Assembly (NCBI GenBank): GCA_051362555.1
Contig: CM120641.1
Span: 7,688,001 to 7,752,000 of the forward strand
Source: Lingula anatina
Taxonomy: Eukaryota > Animalia > Brachiopoda
DNA length: 64,000 nucleotides
Reading direction: 5' to 3'
Part shown: piece after piece, positions 37,342 through 51,122 of the stretch
How positions within the stretch are numbered: position 1 is the first letter of the stretch
Layout of the letters: every line of letters begins with the position of its first letter
Position numbers and translations under genes: made by a program
Notes under the pieces: generated by a model
Databases searched by the model: none
Seen by the model: only the letters and a program-made list of their open reading frames with translations
Told to the model about the DNA's origin: nothing

Positions 37342-40300
37342 ATGGCGGTGGAGGTGCATGGCGTGAGCGACTTGCAGGCGGAATTGGAAAGAGAGAGGGA
37401 AAAACTGAAAAATGTGGATGAAAAGATCAAGAAAGAAACTGGAAGAGAACCAGGACCAGGCAGGTTAGATAATCTTTACACATTATCAAAAGTATGTACT
37501 TTCAATGTTATTTCACAGTGGCCAAAGTTTTGAAAAATAGTCTCAATAAAAACCGCAAACCGAATACGAAAGTCAATGAAATCACGTTTGTACTAGTATA
37601 TCGAGGTATCCATAGGTAATATATATTTAATACAGTTATTGAAGAACCATTTTACTAGCCATTTTTTAATCAGCAGCTTTTACAGTCGCCGGTTACTGTG
37701 GATGGGGAAATTGCAGTTGGTAATACCCTGGGTTAAGAAAGAATGAAGTAAAAAGTCAAAGACAAATCTACAAGTAGATATATACATCAGAGTGAGAATA
37801 TCCATATATTTTCATGTCTGTACATTTTAGAACTGGACCAACAAGAAGGGTTTCAGCAAGTGCAGGAACGGTTCCTGGAAGGGGTGGTGCCCGTATTTTT
37901 GCAGGAGCAAGGTGAGAATTTGAATTATGAGATGCAATGGGTTAAAATATTGTATTATATTTTATGTAATAGTGCCATAGCACAATGAAATAAAAATACT
38001 ATGGTAAGTTTATTTGTTTCTGAAATAAAAAGTGATATAATTTACAATTATTGGAGCTATTTAACTGTTGTTGAAGTTTCATCAAGAACGTTTCAACATT
38101 CATCTTCCAGGCGTGGTCTTAGTGACGGTGATATGCCCCCAGCAAAGCGAAGGCCTGTAGGTGGAGCATTTAGCAGGTAACAGCTCATCTGACTTTATTA
38201 GCTATTGGAAAGTGTAAAATGTCTATCCCTATAGTTACATATGAGCAAGTGTAGATTCCTTGTAATGCATATTTAAACAACTTCTATTCGTTTCTTTTAT
38301 GACTCAAAAAAAAATAAATAAACAAAATAAAAGCTGAACCAAATTAATCACTCTCTCAGCTGAAAAATAGCTGTAAAACTGCACCTTTTTCAAATTTCTG
38401 GTTGTAAACTCGACCTGTTTATAAATCCACCCTTCCAGTTCCTTAGTCTGCCAAAATGACGTAGTTATGTATGACGCATAACTGCTTTGAGAGCAAAAGC
38501 ATAAATATTAGAATGAGGGACAGAACTGACCAAAGATTATATGTAGAGAGAAGACAAAATATCTGTTCAAATACAGCTTTTCAGGAAGTGAGAGACAATG
38601 ATCTCTGATATTCCTGTAAGTGGTGCCATTTGAGACTTTTTAGTGACAAAGATTTTACTTTGCATGTAACTTAAATTATTTTAGAACCATGGTTTGTAAC
38701 CATGTGTTTGTAACCATACTTTTGTTGATACCCAACATCATCAAGGAGACAAAACTCTGAGAAGTATATTGCTAAATTATGAAGATTTACTGTGGTCTCC
38801 ATTTCTCATTCAGGAAAGTCAATAAAACAATTGTGGTGCACAAACTGCACTGGTAGGATTTAAGTTACCAAAAATAATTATGATGAATAGATATGAAGTT
38901 ATCTTTATACTTCAGGCTGGGTCCAAGGGTAGGAGAAAGAAGACCACCTAGGCCGGATAGTGGGGACGAGGAGGAGCTGCCAAACAAGGTAAATAGGACA
39001 ATACTTCAACAACTGGAGAAATTTAATCTGAACTTTGGGGATATAATATTATTTAGTTCTTTCCTTCTGTCTTGTGTTGAATTGCTGACATAACAAATAG
39101 ACAAATAAGAATTTATTATTTTTTTCTAATGAAGAAAAAATTATAATGAAATGTATAATTAGAAGTCATGTTAATGGTGTGTCTTTTTTTCATTACATAA
39201 GCTATATATAGTATATAAATATTTATGTAGCTGCTGTAAATGCGTTACTCAGTTGAAGAAGTATTGATTAAACACAACCCAAGGTTATGTTGTACTATTA
39301 TACATGAATTTATCATTCACTTTTCAGCCCACTATCCAGTCATCAGTCGTTGCCACCCCAAAGGAATCCCGCACCAGGGAAGACAGTCTAAAGGAACAAA
39401 AAAGTGACAAAAAAGGACTGCAGAGGTAGGGTTTTATAATGTATAGTGCAGGAAAAATTTCAAAATTTATTGAGTGACTTTGTTTTGCAATGAGGCATGT
39501 TCTTTTTTAAAAATCGACATGATGGGATTATTTTTATTAATGTTCTTTAATATTGTTCAGTAAAATGTGCCCGTTTAATATGGTAAAATGCAGCAATGGG
39601 AATGACTCTTTTCTGTAAAGTGTGTGTGTTTTTGTTTTGTTGTTTTCTGATAGTAAGTCTGAAATCCATTTTGTTTATTTTGCCATTGGAATTTCATTTT
39701 TAGCTTTGGCTAAGTAAATGGTCATTTTGCCAAAATGTTTTGAACTCTTATTTTGCTTAAGCAAAGTGAGTTACTTTTATGGTTGAATTTAATATGACAT
39801 AGAGGGAGCCATAATGAAATTTTAATCTTTCTGTTGTTATAATACTTAAATTATTTTCTTTATACGCAGGAACCGACGCATGTTTGGTCTGCTACTGGGA
39901 ACCCTTCAGAGATTTAAAGAAGATTCCAAAGAAAAGACAGACAAGGTAATTGGCATTGTGTTTGTGGTATTGTCTATTGATATGTACATATATTTGCAAA
40001 TAGGTTGCTTAAGAAATACAATATTACATCAACATGCTTTAATAACATGTTAAAGTGATTTTAATATGAAAAAGGTCAGGAACAACTCAAAGGAATTTAA
40101 ATTATTTTTGTACTTTTAAGCTATAAATGTGACCTGTCATGCGAAATAAAGTATAACAAAAGGTTTACACACACACAGACACACATACTTGTCTATGTGT
40201 ACCAACCGAGGACATCAGCACAACACCATACAACCGAGGACATCTTATTCCTTGGTTAAATCAAAATAAAAACATTCAATTTAGGGTAAAATCTATTCGA

Positions 40301-43300
40301 GTATGAATGTTATAAATTAATTTTTTATAAAAACTAATTTTTTGCTGACAAGAATTTTACATTCTAACCGAGGACACACACGGACACACACACGGACAGA
40401 CACTACACATTACAACCGAGGACATGCATGCATCTACATGTAATAATGATTGTACTTTTAATGCAAAGCAAATTTTATATAGCGTTACTTTGCAGCAATT
40501 CACATTTTTATGAAATTCTTTCATATTTAAGGTAAATTCCAAAATAACACCAGAGGTGATGATTAAATGAACAGTTATACAATATTTAATGCTGGGCTTT
40601 GCCACTTTTTTAGAATTGAAGATTATGAGATAAAACATCAATTAATTTAGGAAAAGAAAGGATACTGATGAAATAAAATAAAAGACCAAAGAAATTCGTT
40701 TTCAAACATTTTATTTTCATAATGCTTATTTTCTATTTAGCACTCTTTTATTATCATGAATTTTGTATTTTGATAACACAAAGTGTCATCCATTGGATAC
40801 AGACTTGAACAGTACACAATTTTACAATTGAGGACATCATGCCAGCAGCACCCAAAATTGTGCTTTCTTCCAATTTGATGCAATATTATATAATGCTTAA
40901 CAGCATAATGATCATCAATTTTTTATAATAAAATATTAGTATCATGAATATTCAGAAAATGTGACTAGCAAAGGTTTTCAGGTTCATGGAACTCCAAAGT
41001 CATACTTTGAAAATGCTAAATGTATACAAGAGAGCACTGTACTGAAATGGGTTTCTTTCCATTTTTAACTTTTTTACATAAAATAATACAGTTTACTGCC
41101 ATTTCACATGATCAACTAAGAAAATTGTTGAGATGGCAAAAATATCAATATAACAAGTTTAAATGTCCAATTTCCTCCATTCCGAACATTGTGAATGATT
41201 GAATCTGACAAACTACAATGATACGAGTTCATTTCCATTTTGGCACTTTTTTTACACAATACAAGATAACAGGTTTACCACCATTTTTATATAATCAACT
41301 AGCAATATTGTCAAGACGCAGAAATTGTCAAACAACCCATTTTACATATCTAGTAAATTCAATAATGAGACTGTTTACATGCCTGACAATCAAATCTGAG
41401 GAAAACCACTTATATACAAATAAAAGCTGAAGTCCCTCAAAACTCAACCAATCAATCTTATTTTTAAATTTGATTTGTATATAGATAACATTGATCACTC
41501 TTGTGAGTTTAATGACAACAGGCCTATCGGTTCTCCCTGAAATGTGCTTACAGTGTTACTAATATGCTTTTACTAATAATCATCAGTACTGTGAGTTTCA
41601 TGAAAACAGGCTTTAAGTTATTGGTTATCCCTGAAATGTGCTTACAGTGTTACATATATGCTGAAAAAAAAAAAAAACAGCATAACATTTGAAAGAAAAG
41701 GGCCTGGTCTTGCTGATTTTCAATCTTGACCATTCTTTTACTAATAATCATCAGTTCTGTGAGTTTCATGAAAACAGGCTTATTGGTTCTCCTTGAAATA
41801 TGTTAACAGTGTTGCATGTACACTGAAAAAAGGAGAAAAAATGCAAAACTTTTGAAAATAATCACCCCATTTCCTCCATTTTGAGACAGTACATGATAAC
41901 ATGTTTACCGTCATATTTATATAATCAACTAGCAATGTTGTAAAGATGCAGACAATTTCAGAGAAACACTAACATATTTACATATCTAGTTAATTCAATA
42001 ACGAAACTGTCAACATGCCTGACAATCAAATCTGAGGAAAACCACTTATATACAAATAAAAGCTGAAGTCCCTCAGAACTCAACCAATCTATCTTATTTT
42101 TAAATTTGATTTGTATATAGATAACATTGATCACTCTTGTGAGTTTAATGACAACAGGCCTATCGGTTCTTCCTGAAATGTGCTTAGTGTTACTTATATG
42201 CTTAAAAAAACAGCATAACATTTGAAAGAAAAGGGCCTGGTCATGCTGATTTTCAAACTTGACCATTCTTTTACTCATAATCATCAGTTCTGTGAGTTTC
42301 ATGAAAACAGGCTTATTGGTTCTCCTTGAAATGTGCTTACAGTGTTACATATATGCTGAAAAAAAAAAAAAAAAAAAACAGCATAACATTTGAAAGAAAA
42401 GGGCCTGGTCTTGCTGATTTTCAATCTTGACCATTCTTTTACTAATAATCATCAGTTCTGTGAGTTTCATGAAAACAGGCTTATTGGTTCTCCTTGAAAT
42501 ATGTTAACAGTGTTGCATGTACACTGAAAAAAAGGAGAAAAAATGCAAAACTTTTGAAAATAATCACCCCATTTCCTCCATTTTGAGACAGTACATGATA
42601 ACATGTTTACCGTCATATTTATATAATCAACTAGCAATGTTGTAAAGATGCAGACAATTTCAGAGAAACACTAACATATTTACATATCTAGTTAATTCAA
42701 TAACGAAACTGTCAACATGCCTGACAATCAAATCTGAGGAAAACCACTTATATACAAATAAAAGCTGAAGTCCCTCAGAACTCAACCAATCTATCTTATT
42801 TTTAAATTTGATTTGTATATAGATAACATTGATCACTCTTGTGAGTTTAATGACAACAGGCCTATCGGTTCTTCCTGAAATGTGCTTAGTGTTACTTATA
42901 TGCTTAAAAAAACAGCATAACATTTGAAAGAAAAGGGCCTGGTCATGCTGATTTTCAAACTTGACCATTCTTTTACTCATAATCATCAGTTCTGTGAGTT
43001 TCATGAAAACAGGCTTATTGGTTCTCCTTGAAATGTGCTTACAGTGTTACATATATGCTGAAAAAAAAAACCAGCATAACATTTGAAAGAAAAGGGCCTG
43101 GTCATGCTGATTTTCAATCTTGATCATTCTTTTTAATTTACTAATAATCATCAGTTCTCTGAGTTTCATGAAAACAGGCCTATTGGTTCTCCTTGAAGTG
43201 TGTTTACAGTGTTGCATGTACACTGAAAAAAGGAGAAAAAAAATGCAAAACTTTTGAAAATAATCACCCCATTTCCTCCATTTTGAGACACTGTATTACA

Positions 43301-45188
43301 CAGTACATGATAACATGTTTACCGTCATATTTATTTAATCAACTAGCAATGTTGTAAAGATGCAGAAAATTTCAGACAAACACTAACATATTTACACTGT
43401 ATATATCTAGTTAGTTCAATAACGAAACTGTCAACATGCCTGACAATCAAATCTGAGGAAAACCACTTATATACAAATAAAAGCTGAAGTCCCTCAAAAC
43501 TCAACCAATCAATCTTATTTTTAAACTTGATTTGTATATAGATAACATTGATTACTCCTGTGAGTTTAATGACAACAGGCCTATCGGTTCTTCCTGAAAT
43601 GTGCTTAGTGTTACTTATATGCTTAAAAAAACAGCATAACATTTGAAAGAAAAGGGCCTGGTCATGCTGATTTTCAAACTTGACCATTCTTTTACTCATA
43701 ATCATCAGTTCTGTGAGTTTCATGAAAACAGGCTTATTGGTTCTCCTTGAAATGTGCTTACAGTGTTACATATATGCTGAAAAAAAAAACCAGCATAACA
43801 TTTGAAAGAAAAGGGCCTGGTCATGCTGATTTTCAATCTTGATCATTCTTTTTAATTTACTAATAATCATCAGTTCTCTGAGTTTCATGAAAACAGGCCT
43901 ATTGGTTCTCCTTGAAGTGTGTTTACAGTGTTGCATGTACACTGAAAAAAGGAGAAAAAAAATGCAAAACTTTTGAAAATAATCACCCCATTTCCTCCAT
44001 TTTGAGACACTGTATTACACAGTACATGATAACATGTTTACCGTCATATTTATTTAATCAACTAGCAATGTTGTAAAGATGCAGAAAATTTCAGACAAAC
44101 ACTAACATATTTACACTGTATATATCTAGTTAGTTCAATAACGAAACTGTCAACATGCCTGACAATCAAATCTGAGGAAAACCACTTATATACAAATAAA
44201 AGCTGAAGTCCCTCAAAACTCAACCAATCAATCTTATTTTTAAACTTGATTTGTATATAGATAACATTGATTACTCCTGTGAGTTTCATGAAAACAGGCT
44301 TATTGGTTCTCCCTGAAATGTGTTACTTATATGCTGAAAAAAAAAAAAAAAAAACAGCATAACATTTGAAAGAAAAGGGCCTGGTCATGCTGATTTTCAA
44401 TCTTGACCATTCTTTTACTTATAATCATCAGTTCTGTGAGTTTTATGAAAAGCCTACTCTGAAGTATCGAATAAAAGTACTGATGGAATAAAAGTACTGG
44501 GTGGAAAAAATCTCAAAATTTAATAAAAGTACTGATGGAATAAAAGTACTGGGTGGAAAAAATCTCGAAATTTAATAAAAGTACTGGATGGAATAAAAGT
44601 ACTGGGTGGAAAAAACCTTTACACTGCTCCCCCCCCAACAAAAAAAAAAAATGAAATAAATAAATAAAAGTAAAGAAGAAGAAGAGAAAGAAACAAGGCA
44701 GCAAAGCTGTCAAATGTACAGACAAAAACCAGAAAATAAAAACGCAGGAAATAGGATACTGTCAACTCTGATGAACTAATGTATTATGCTAACTGTAAAT
44801 GCATAGCCAAAATCAAATTCCTATTCTGCATAACATTGGATTAGGATGAAAGTAAAATGTGTATCAAGCATTAGACTAAGTTCCCATACCTAGATCAATC
44901 TAACAGGATCAATCCAACTCCAAGGGGTTTCTCACTAAATTGCTTTCAGTTTGAGAGTCTTAGGATTCTGGCATGCCAGTTTCAGTAGGCGTGACAGACA
45001 ACTAAGCCACTTACATTGATTGCAATTTAGCGAGAATTCCCATGGAGATAGATCGATCCACAGTTAGCGTGATAGGGTCTGGAAATAGTCCCTAAGGTGT
45101 CAGGCTGATAAGAGTTAAACTTTGGAAATGCCAGAATGAGGTACAGTGAAAATGAAACACAAAAAAAAATTGCTTAAACTCATTAAAA

Positions 45189-45262
<74 letters not shown>

Positions 45263-48200
45263 ATTATTATTATTATTAATTTTTTTTTTTTGCTGTATGT
45301 CAATCCTAAGAATCATTCTTGTAACTTAACAAAATACAGAAAATGTTACAAAGTAAGAGTACAGGGCTCCTGGCAGATGGGAGTGATAAGTCACGACTTG
45401 AAAATGCCAGTATAGCACTCTATAAACCTGCATTGCCTCAAAAACAGAAAACAATCACACTGGTTTTCAAACACAAGCTGCACTTCTGTCTTATGAAACT
45501 TTTCAGTAAGTTTCAGTATCGTAAGTAACATGGTTTTCCCTTAACCGCTATCCTGGCAGCAGTGTCCAAAATAGGGTTTTCTTCAACTTTCATGCAATAA
45601 ACCATAATACTTAACAGCATAATGACCATCAAATTTTTTATAAAAAAATAAAAGTATCATGAATATTCAGAAAATGTGATTTGGGAAGGTCTTCAAGGCC
45701 ATGGAAGTTCAGAGTCACACTTTCAAAATGCCAAAATGTAAACAAGAGATAACTGTACTGAAAAGATTTTCTTTCCATTTTCAACACCTTTTTTAAAACA
45801 AAATGATCAATAAACTGTCATTTTTAAATGTTCAACTAGGAAAATTGTTGACATAGGAAAACTATCAATAGAACAATTTTCAATGTCCAATTTGCTCCAT
45901 TTGCAGATGCTGAACATAGTGAATGATTAAATCTGACAAACTGCAATGATGAGTTCCTTTCCATTTATTATACTTTATTACTCAATGCACAATATTATAA
46001 TAGGTTTACCGTCATTTTTATATAATCAACAATATTGTTAAGAAGCAGAAAATGTCAAAACAACACTTTCACATAACTTATTAGTTCCATAATGAGACTG
46101 TTAACATGCCTAAGAATTAAATCTGAAGAAATAACAATTATATACAAAAATACAGAAAATGCACAGCACTTCTGGTGGATGGGAGTAAAAAATCACATCT
46201 TGAAGATGCTAGTGTTTGAAAAATAATTAAAAAAAAAAATTAAAAAAAACGTAAAAAATTCAATAAAGCTGCTATTCAAACTTTTAATCTAGCTGTATTA
46301 ACTTGATATTAATAACCCCACCAAGTTTGAGAAAAATAAAGCACTGTTATTCATCTATAGCATGTTGGCATAACACATTCTTTTTGTTGTAAATTTATTT
46401 GCAATGTTTAACACCATTTATCTGCACAATTATCACCAAATCCTAATTTTGTGACACAGTTAAGAGAGCTAAACCTATGGGACTTTACAGGGAAATCTCA
46501 AGGAGTGTTTTATGTAATCTCATTTAATGGCCAATTGAAAATTAATGAGTAGGCAAGTGACTTTATAGACCTTAATTTAATTAGTGATCACCCAAGGGAC
46601 AATTTTATATACTGCCATCCATACAGTACCATGATATAGCACAAAGGTGTTGCATACATGCTGAAAAAAGTGAAAAACAGCATTACTTCCCTAAAAATGA
46701 CCCGATCACACTGATTTTCAAACTTGACCTGCGTATTATGAATATTCATCAGTTCTGTAAGTTTGAAACCAAAAGGTAAAATGGTTTTCCACTTATCGTG
46801 TTATCGGTGCTGCATATATGCTGAAAAAAGTGAAAAAACAGCATAAATTCCCTATAAGTGACCCGATCATGCTGATTTTCGAACTTGACCTGCGTATTAC
46901 GAATATTCATCAGTTCTGTAAGTTTCAAGCCAAAAGAAAAAACAGTTTTCCACTTATCGTGTTATCGGTAAAAGTGCACGGCGACGACGGCGACAGCGAC
47001 GGCGACGACAGACGCAGATGACGGCTATATGTACAGACACTTCTGTGTCTGTACATAAAAAGCTAGCTATTGATCATTGTAAAAAAAAAAAATTCACCAG
47101 GTAAAATTCACTCAGTATTAAAATTTATCTTAAAAACGGGATGAGTTAAATTTCATAATTGTCAGGGGCCGAAGACCCAGATATATCGCACCTAAGCCGC
47201 CTCCGAGAGCCATACGGTTCATACTAGTAAATTTATTCTCAGATATAAGGTTCGTTTTGCATACCTGTAAACTCCTAAGGGTTTATCTTACATAGAAATG
47301 TGATTTAACATCGTTTAAATCATAAATCGGCATGAAATAATTGACGTTTGAAAACAGACACAACTTCTTTGCTGCACTTGAAATGACCTCCTTAGCTATA
47401 AATATGATCCTATCACCTTGCGACATTGCATCATTCGATCGATATACATGAGTAGTTGTCACTGCTGAAGGGAAAGCACGTCTATTTATAGAAACTGAAA
47501 TCAGGTAACGCATGTACTGTTGTGTTCAGAGAGCGACTTCCGCTTGACCTACTTTCCAGTGCTGTTTGTGGAACAGTAGGTAATGAGTTGAGATCTCGAT
47601 TTTCTTCTCATTATACTTCAATTTAAGAAAATAAAAAGCGTGACTTGTACTTGTGTAATTTCCCACCGGTACAATAGGTATTTAATAAACATACCGGGTG
47701 GAAGATTTTTGAAAAATTAATAAGCGTAGGCTACTGGGTGAAAATGGAGCGTACCGGCGGGAAGATATTTGGAAAATTAATTAACGTACCGGTACGTTTA
47801 TTTGATACTTCAGAGTAGGAGAGCTTAATTTGATAAAAAAGACCTTTAGTTTAAAAATATGAACTTACTGAATATATAGACATCTGAGATATAACATTAG
47901 TTTCAGTTTAGTCTGCCCTTTACAGCACAACCGAGGACGCGGAATTTGGTCCGCCCTTTACAGCACAACCGAGGACGCGTGTGTATAGCCCGATTTCAGA
48001 CAAAAAAGTTGGACAGTATTTCTGATACACTCGTGGCGGGAATTTGGCCCGCGCTATACAGCATAACCGAGGACTGGCTCAGAATAGCGTCAAATTTCAC
48101 CACCTAACTTGAAATGGGCCCCTTTATGCATTCCACTGCTTATGTCAACCGAGGACGTCCTCGGTTGGAGGTGTGTCCTCGGTTAGTGGGTTTCGGGCGG

Positions 48201-51122
48201 GTGTGTGTCCTCGGTTAGAATGCGTGCACAAGAGCACACACACTCACACACACACATTGTAATATTTTGATACCAAATTGGAATGTGTGGTTCATATATC
48301 TCATATGATAAAACAACATGTTATATTTATTTTAGGAACAACACAGACAGGAAATACTTCAAAAATTGGAAGACAGAGAAAAACAAGAGAAAGATGACAT
48401 AAGAAAAGAGCGACAGTCTTTGTTCAAAGAGCGCCGTGCACAACAAGCCAGAATTCAGAGATTAGAACAGAAAATGGAGATGGTACAAATGGTATGGCAA
48501 TACAAACTTAATTGAACCGTTTTGTAGTTAGATATTAACATGTTGAGTGTCAATAAGAGAGTTTTGGATTTTATTACAAAATTTTACACTAATAAGTTAT
48601 TTAAAGAAGCAAAAATATTTAAGTGATTTGCATGTTTGTGGCACTGTACAAATTGTTAAGAGTATTGTGAAGTAGTTAAAGTAGTTCACAAATGACACGT
48701 TAGGCCACACTTTTTTATTTTTATGGATGACATCCTGCGCGCGCACCGATTTTCGCCCGTTCTCCGAAAAAAAAAAAATCCCCCCCAGCCCCCAACGAAG
48801 TCGGTTGGCGCAAACGTCGTTATTGAATTTGCCAGGAAATGAGCCTTCTGCGCATGCGTATTATCGCCACGTGGAAATGTGGCCGCTTTGCCGTCAAATT
48901 CATCTCTAGGATTACTTTCAAATTACACGACAATTAAAGTCATGAAGAGAATGGGTGCCGTCGTTTTGGATTGGTATGCCATTGATATTGGGCATGGAGA
49001 TATCACCTTTTTACAATTGTGCGAAAGGCTGGCGGCTGCCAGCGATTATCGCCCGAAAAATTTCAGTGACATTCTGTACAAAGCAGCACATAGGCTACCA
49101 GGTTTTCTGTAGCGAAAAAAGGGTAGACAAGGGCGTCGAGGTATATTTGGTGGGCTGAAGGTCGGACAGGCCACCTGACAGTTTGGCCGTGTGAGTCGAA
49201 GTAGACAAAATGGCATCGTCCAAAATGACCTTTAATAGATTTGGTAGTATTAAGCATATCTTTGCATCATTTTTTAAACATTTCTGTGAAGTGTTCAAAA
49301 TGCTTTAATATTCTGAGAATACAAATAAAGACACACTGTTTGTTTGATATTTGTTTTATTGATTGCTATACCAACAAAATGCATGAAATAACCTTAATAG
49401 ATTTTGTAATAAGAAGTATATCTATTCATGACTTTTTTTTACATTTCTACGAAGTATTCACAATGCTTTAATATTTTGAGAGCATGGATAAAGACATATT
49501 GTTAGTTTGATACGTGTTTCTGTGGTAAAATTTGTGTTTCCAGCTGTGTACTGACAGCATTCCTTTACTTAAGCAGTATTTTTTTTTTTGGACCGTTTTT
49601 TTTTTTTTTCACCCTCTCACACCGATTTTGGGGTACCCAGAGGATGTCATCCATAAAAATAAAAAAGTGTGGCCTTATGGAAAAATTGGTCGATATGAAA
49701 CCAAACAAGCTAAGAAGTTGTTCTTATTATTACTTGATCATTGTTTTCTTAATTTAGATATTGAAATAATTTCAGATTATCATATTGAATTGATTTTTTT
49801 TCAGCATGAGGAATGGGTAAAGCAGACAGAGTACTATAAGCACTTCATACGAACCAAAGCCAAACCCCACCTGTTCTACATGCCAAAAGTGTCTACCTCC
49901 ACTACCAGCAAGCAAATCAAGGAGACAGCCAAGGTCATTGAAGGTGAGCTTCAACATAGTAGTCAGTAAATGTGTGGGTGAAAGTTTTAAGGATCAGGAT
50001 GATGCCAGAATTCAGGATTTTCAGTAGTTTTTTTTCCCCCAAAATGCGATGAAAAATTGCAAGCTACATTTTCAGTTTTTACAACTTTCCTCCATGTAAA
50101 TAGACTCTGGAGTAGGGGGATGGGGGTACATCTAGCATCTGCATAATTATGATAATCATCTAAAATAAAGACCCCAGTAAGTCTGCAATTCAGTGTCTGT
50201 ATGTGTTTTATCGTTAAAAAAAACCTAAAAGGTGTTTAGGTAAATGAAAAGGCTTCTTGAAAGAACAAATTGTTTGTAAGAGGGGATAGAATGTTACTGG
50301 TCTAATGCTTGCAACATACTTTTAATTCAGAAATTGAATATATCTTGCAAATAAGCTGAATAGCCAGCTTTTGTGTTCTGAACATAACTTATAACACAAT
50401 ATGTTAAACACAATTGGGTGGTATAGAAAAAGAACATCATAAATATGTATTACTTTGCATATATTGCCATGGAATTCTGACATATTTTCATTTTGTTATA
50501 CATATTCCTTAACTTTCAGTGTCTTAGACTTGATTTAAGAAATGACACAGTAGCCTGAACATTATTTCTTTTGATATTTTTAGACCTGATAAAGGAAAAG
50601 AAAAAGAAACTTGATGAGGAATTGGAGGCCCTGACAGCCAAAGATGAAAATCAAGAGAACGAAGAGGAGATGGAGGTTGAAGGAGAGATGGAGAAGGGAG
50701 AAACAAATGAAGGGGATGACACAAAGGTCAAGAGGTCACACAGGAGGAGCAGCAGAAGGTCAAGGGATCAGGATGAGGATGATGTAGAAATGGCAGAGGA
50801 TAATAACAGGGAGGGGGGTGAAGTTAATGAGAAAAGGGAGGGTAGGGAAGAGAGGGAGGATGAGGGCCCAGTGAAAAGAGAGGAGACTGAGGATAGGGAG
50901 GGGGAGGTTGCTAAACAAGAAACATGGGAATCTGAGAGGGAAGAGGGTCAGGTTGATGATGACGTCAAAGAGGAAAGGCAAGTAGAAATGAACGTGGAAG
51001 ATTTTAAGTCTGAAGATAGGCGAGTGGTGATGGATGACATTAAGTCAGATATAAAGAATGATGAAGACGGAGAGGAAAGGCAAATAAAGAGTGATGTGGA
51101 AGAAAAATCTATGAAGGAATAG
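37342..51122 (+). CDS. PNN: Pinin (SDK/memA; ~449 aa, 9 exons)
   Basis: N-terminal LQAELEREREKLKNVDEKIKKETGR, QSSVVAT, RNRRMFGLLLGTLQRFK, FIRTKAKPHLFYMP. Exons 37342-37463, 37831-37911, 38111-38176, 38916-38988, 39328-39425, 39870-39945, 48336-48491, 49805-49943, 50584-51122 (1350 nt). Confidence 0.94.
40850..44450. repeat. Complex tandem array with ~702-719-bp higher-order period, related to the family-2 HINE interior
   Basis: Identical ORF-track peptides at 41958/42660 (702 bp apart) and 43343/44062 (719 bp apart); shares AAATCTGA(G/A)GAAAACCACTTATATACAAA and ATGCTGATTTTCAAACTTGACC with 33000-34900. Confidence 0.9.
44457..47815. mobile_element. TA-flanked non-autonomous TIR element (Tc1/mariner-pogo-like)
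   Basis: TA|CTCTGAAGTATC(G/A)AATAAA at both ends in inverted orientation; subterminal AATAAA(A/C)GTAC repeats. Confidence 0.75.
44692..47060 (-). mobile_element. Family-2 HINE copy B, nested in the TA-flanked element
   Basis: Same termini as 29981-35100; hairpin at 47028-47057; ~2 copies of the 161-bp unit (46650-46975); (TA)n at ~45197-45258. Confidence 0.8.
48703..49674. mobile_element. PIF/Harbinger-type MITE in PNN intron 7
   Basis: Perfect 34-bp TIR GGCCACACTTTTTTATTTTTATGGATGACATCCT with 3-bp TSD TTA (48700-48702 and 49675-49677). Confidence 0.9.

Larger units (their letters stand above)
40188..48232. mobile_element. Large non-autonomous TIR element bounded by inverted AACCGAGGAC motif clusters (superfamily unresolved)
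   Basis: AACCGAGGAC repeats at 40204-40425 and 47929-48075, inverted GTCCTCGGTT at 48158-48216; CATTCTAACCGAGGACACACAC (~40360) is the exact reverse complement of 48201-48222; flanked by CA-rich tracts; no clear TSD. Confidence 0.6.

Noticed and set aside
45092-45415. IYIYIY ORFs (also 30689-30988)
   Set aside because: Translations of (TA)n microsatellites.
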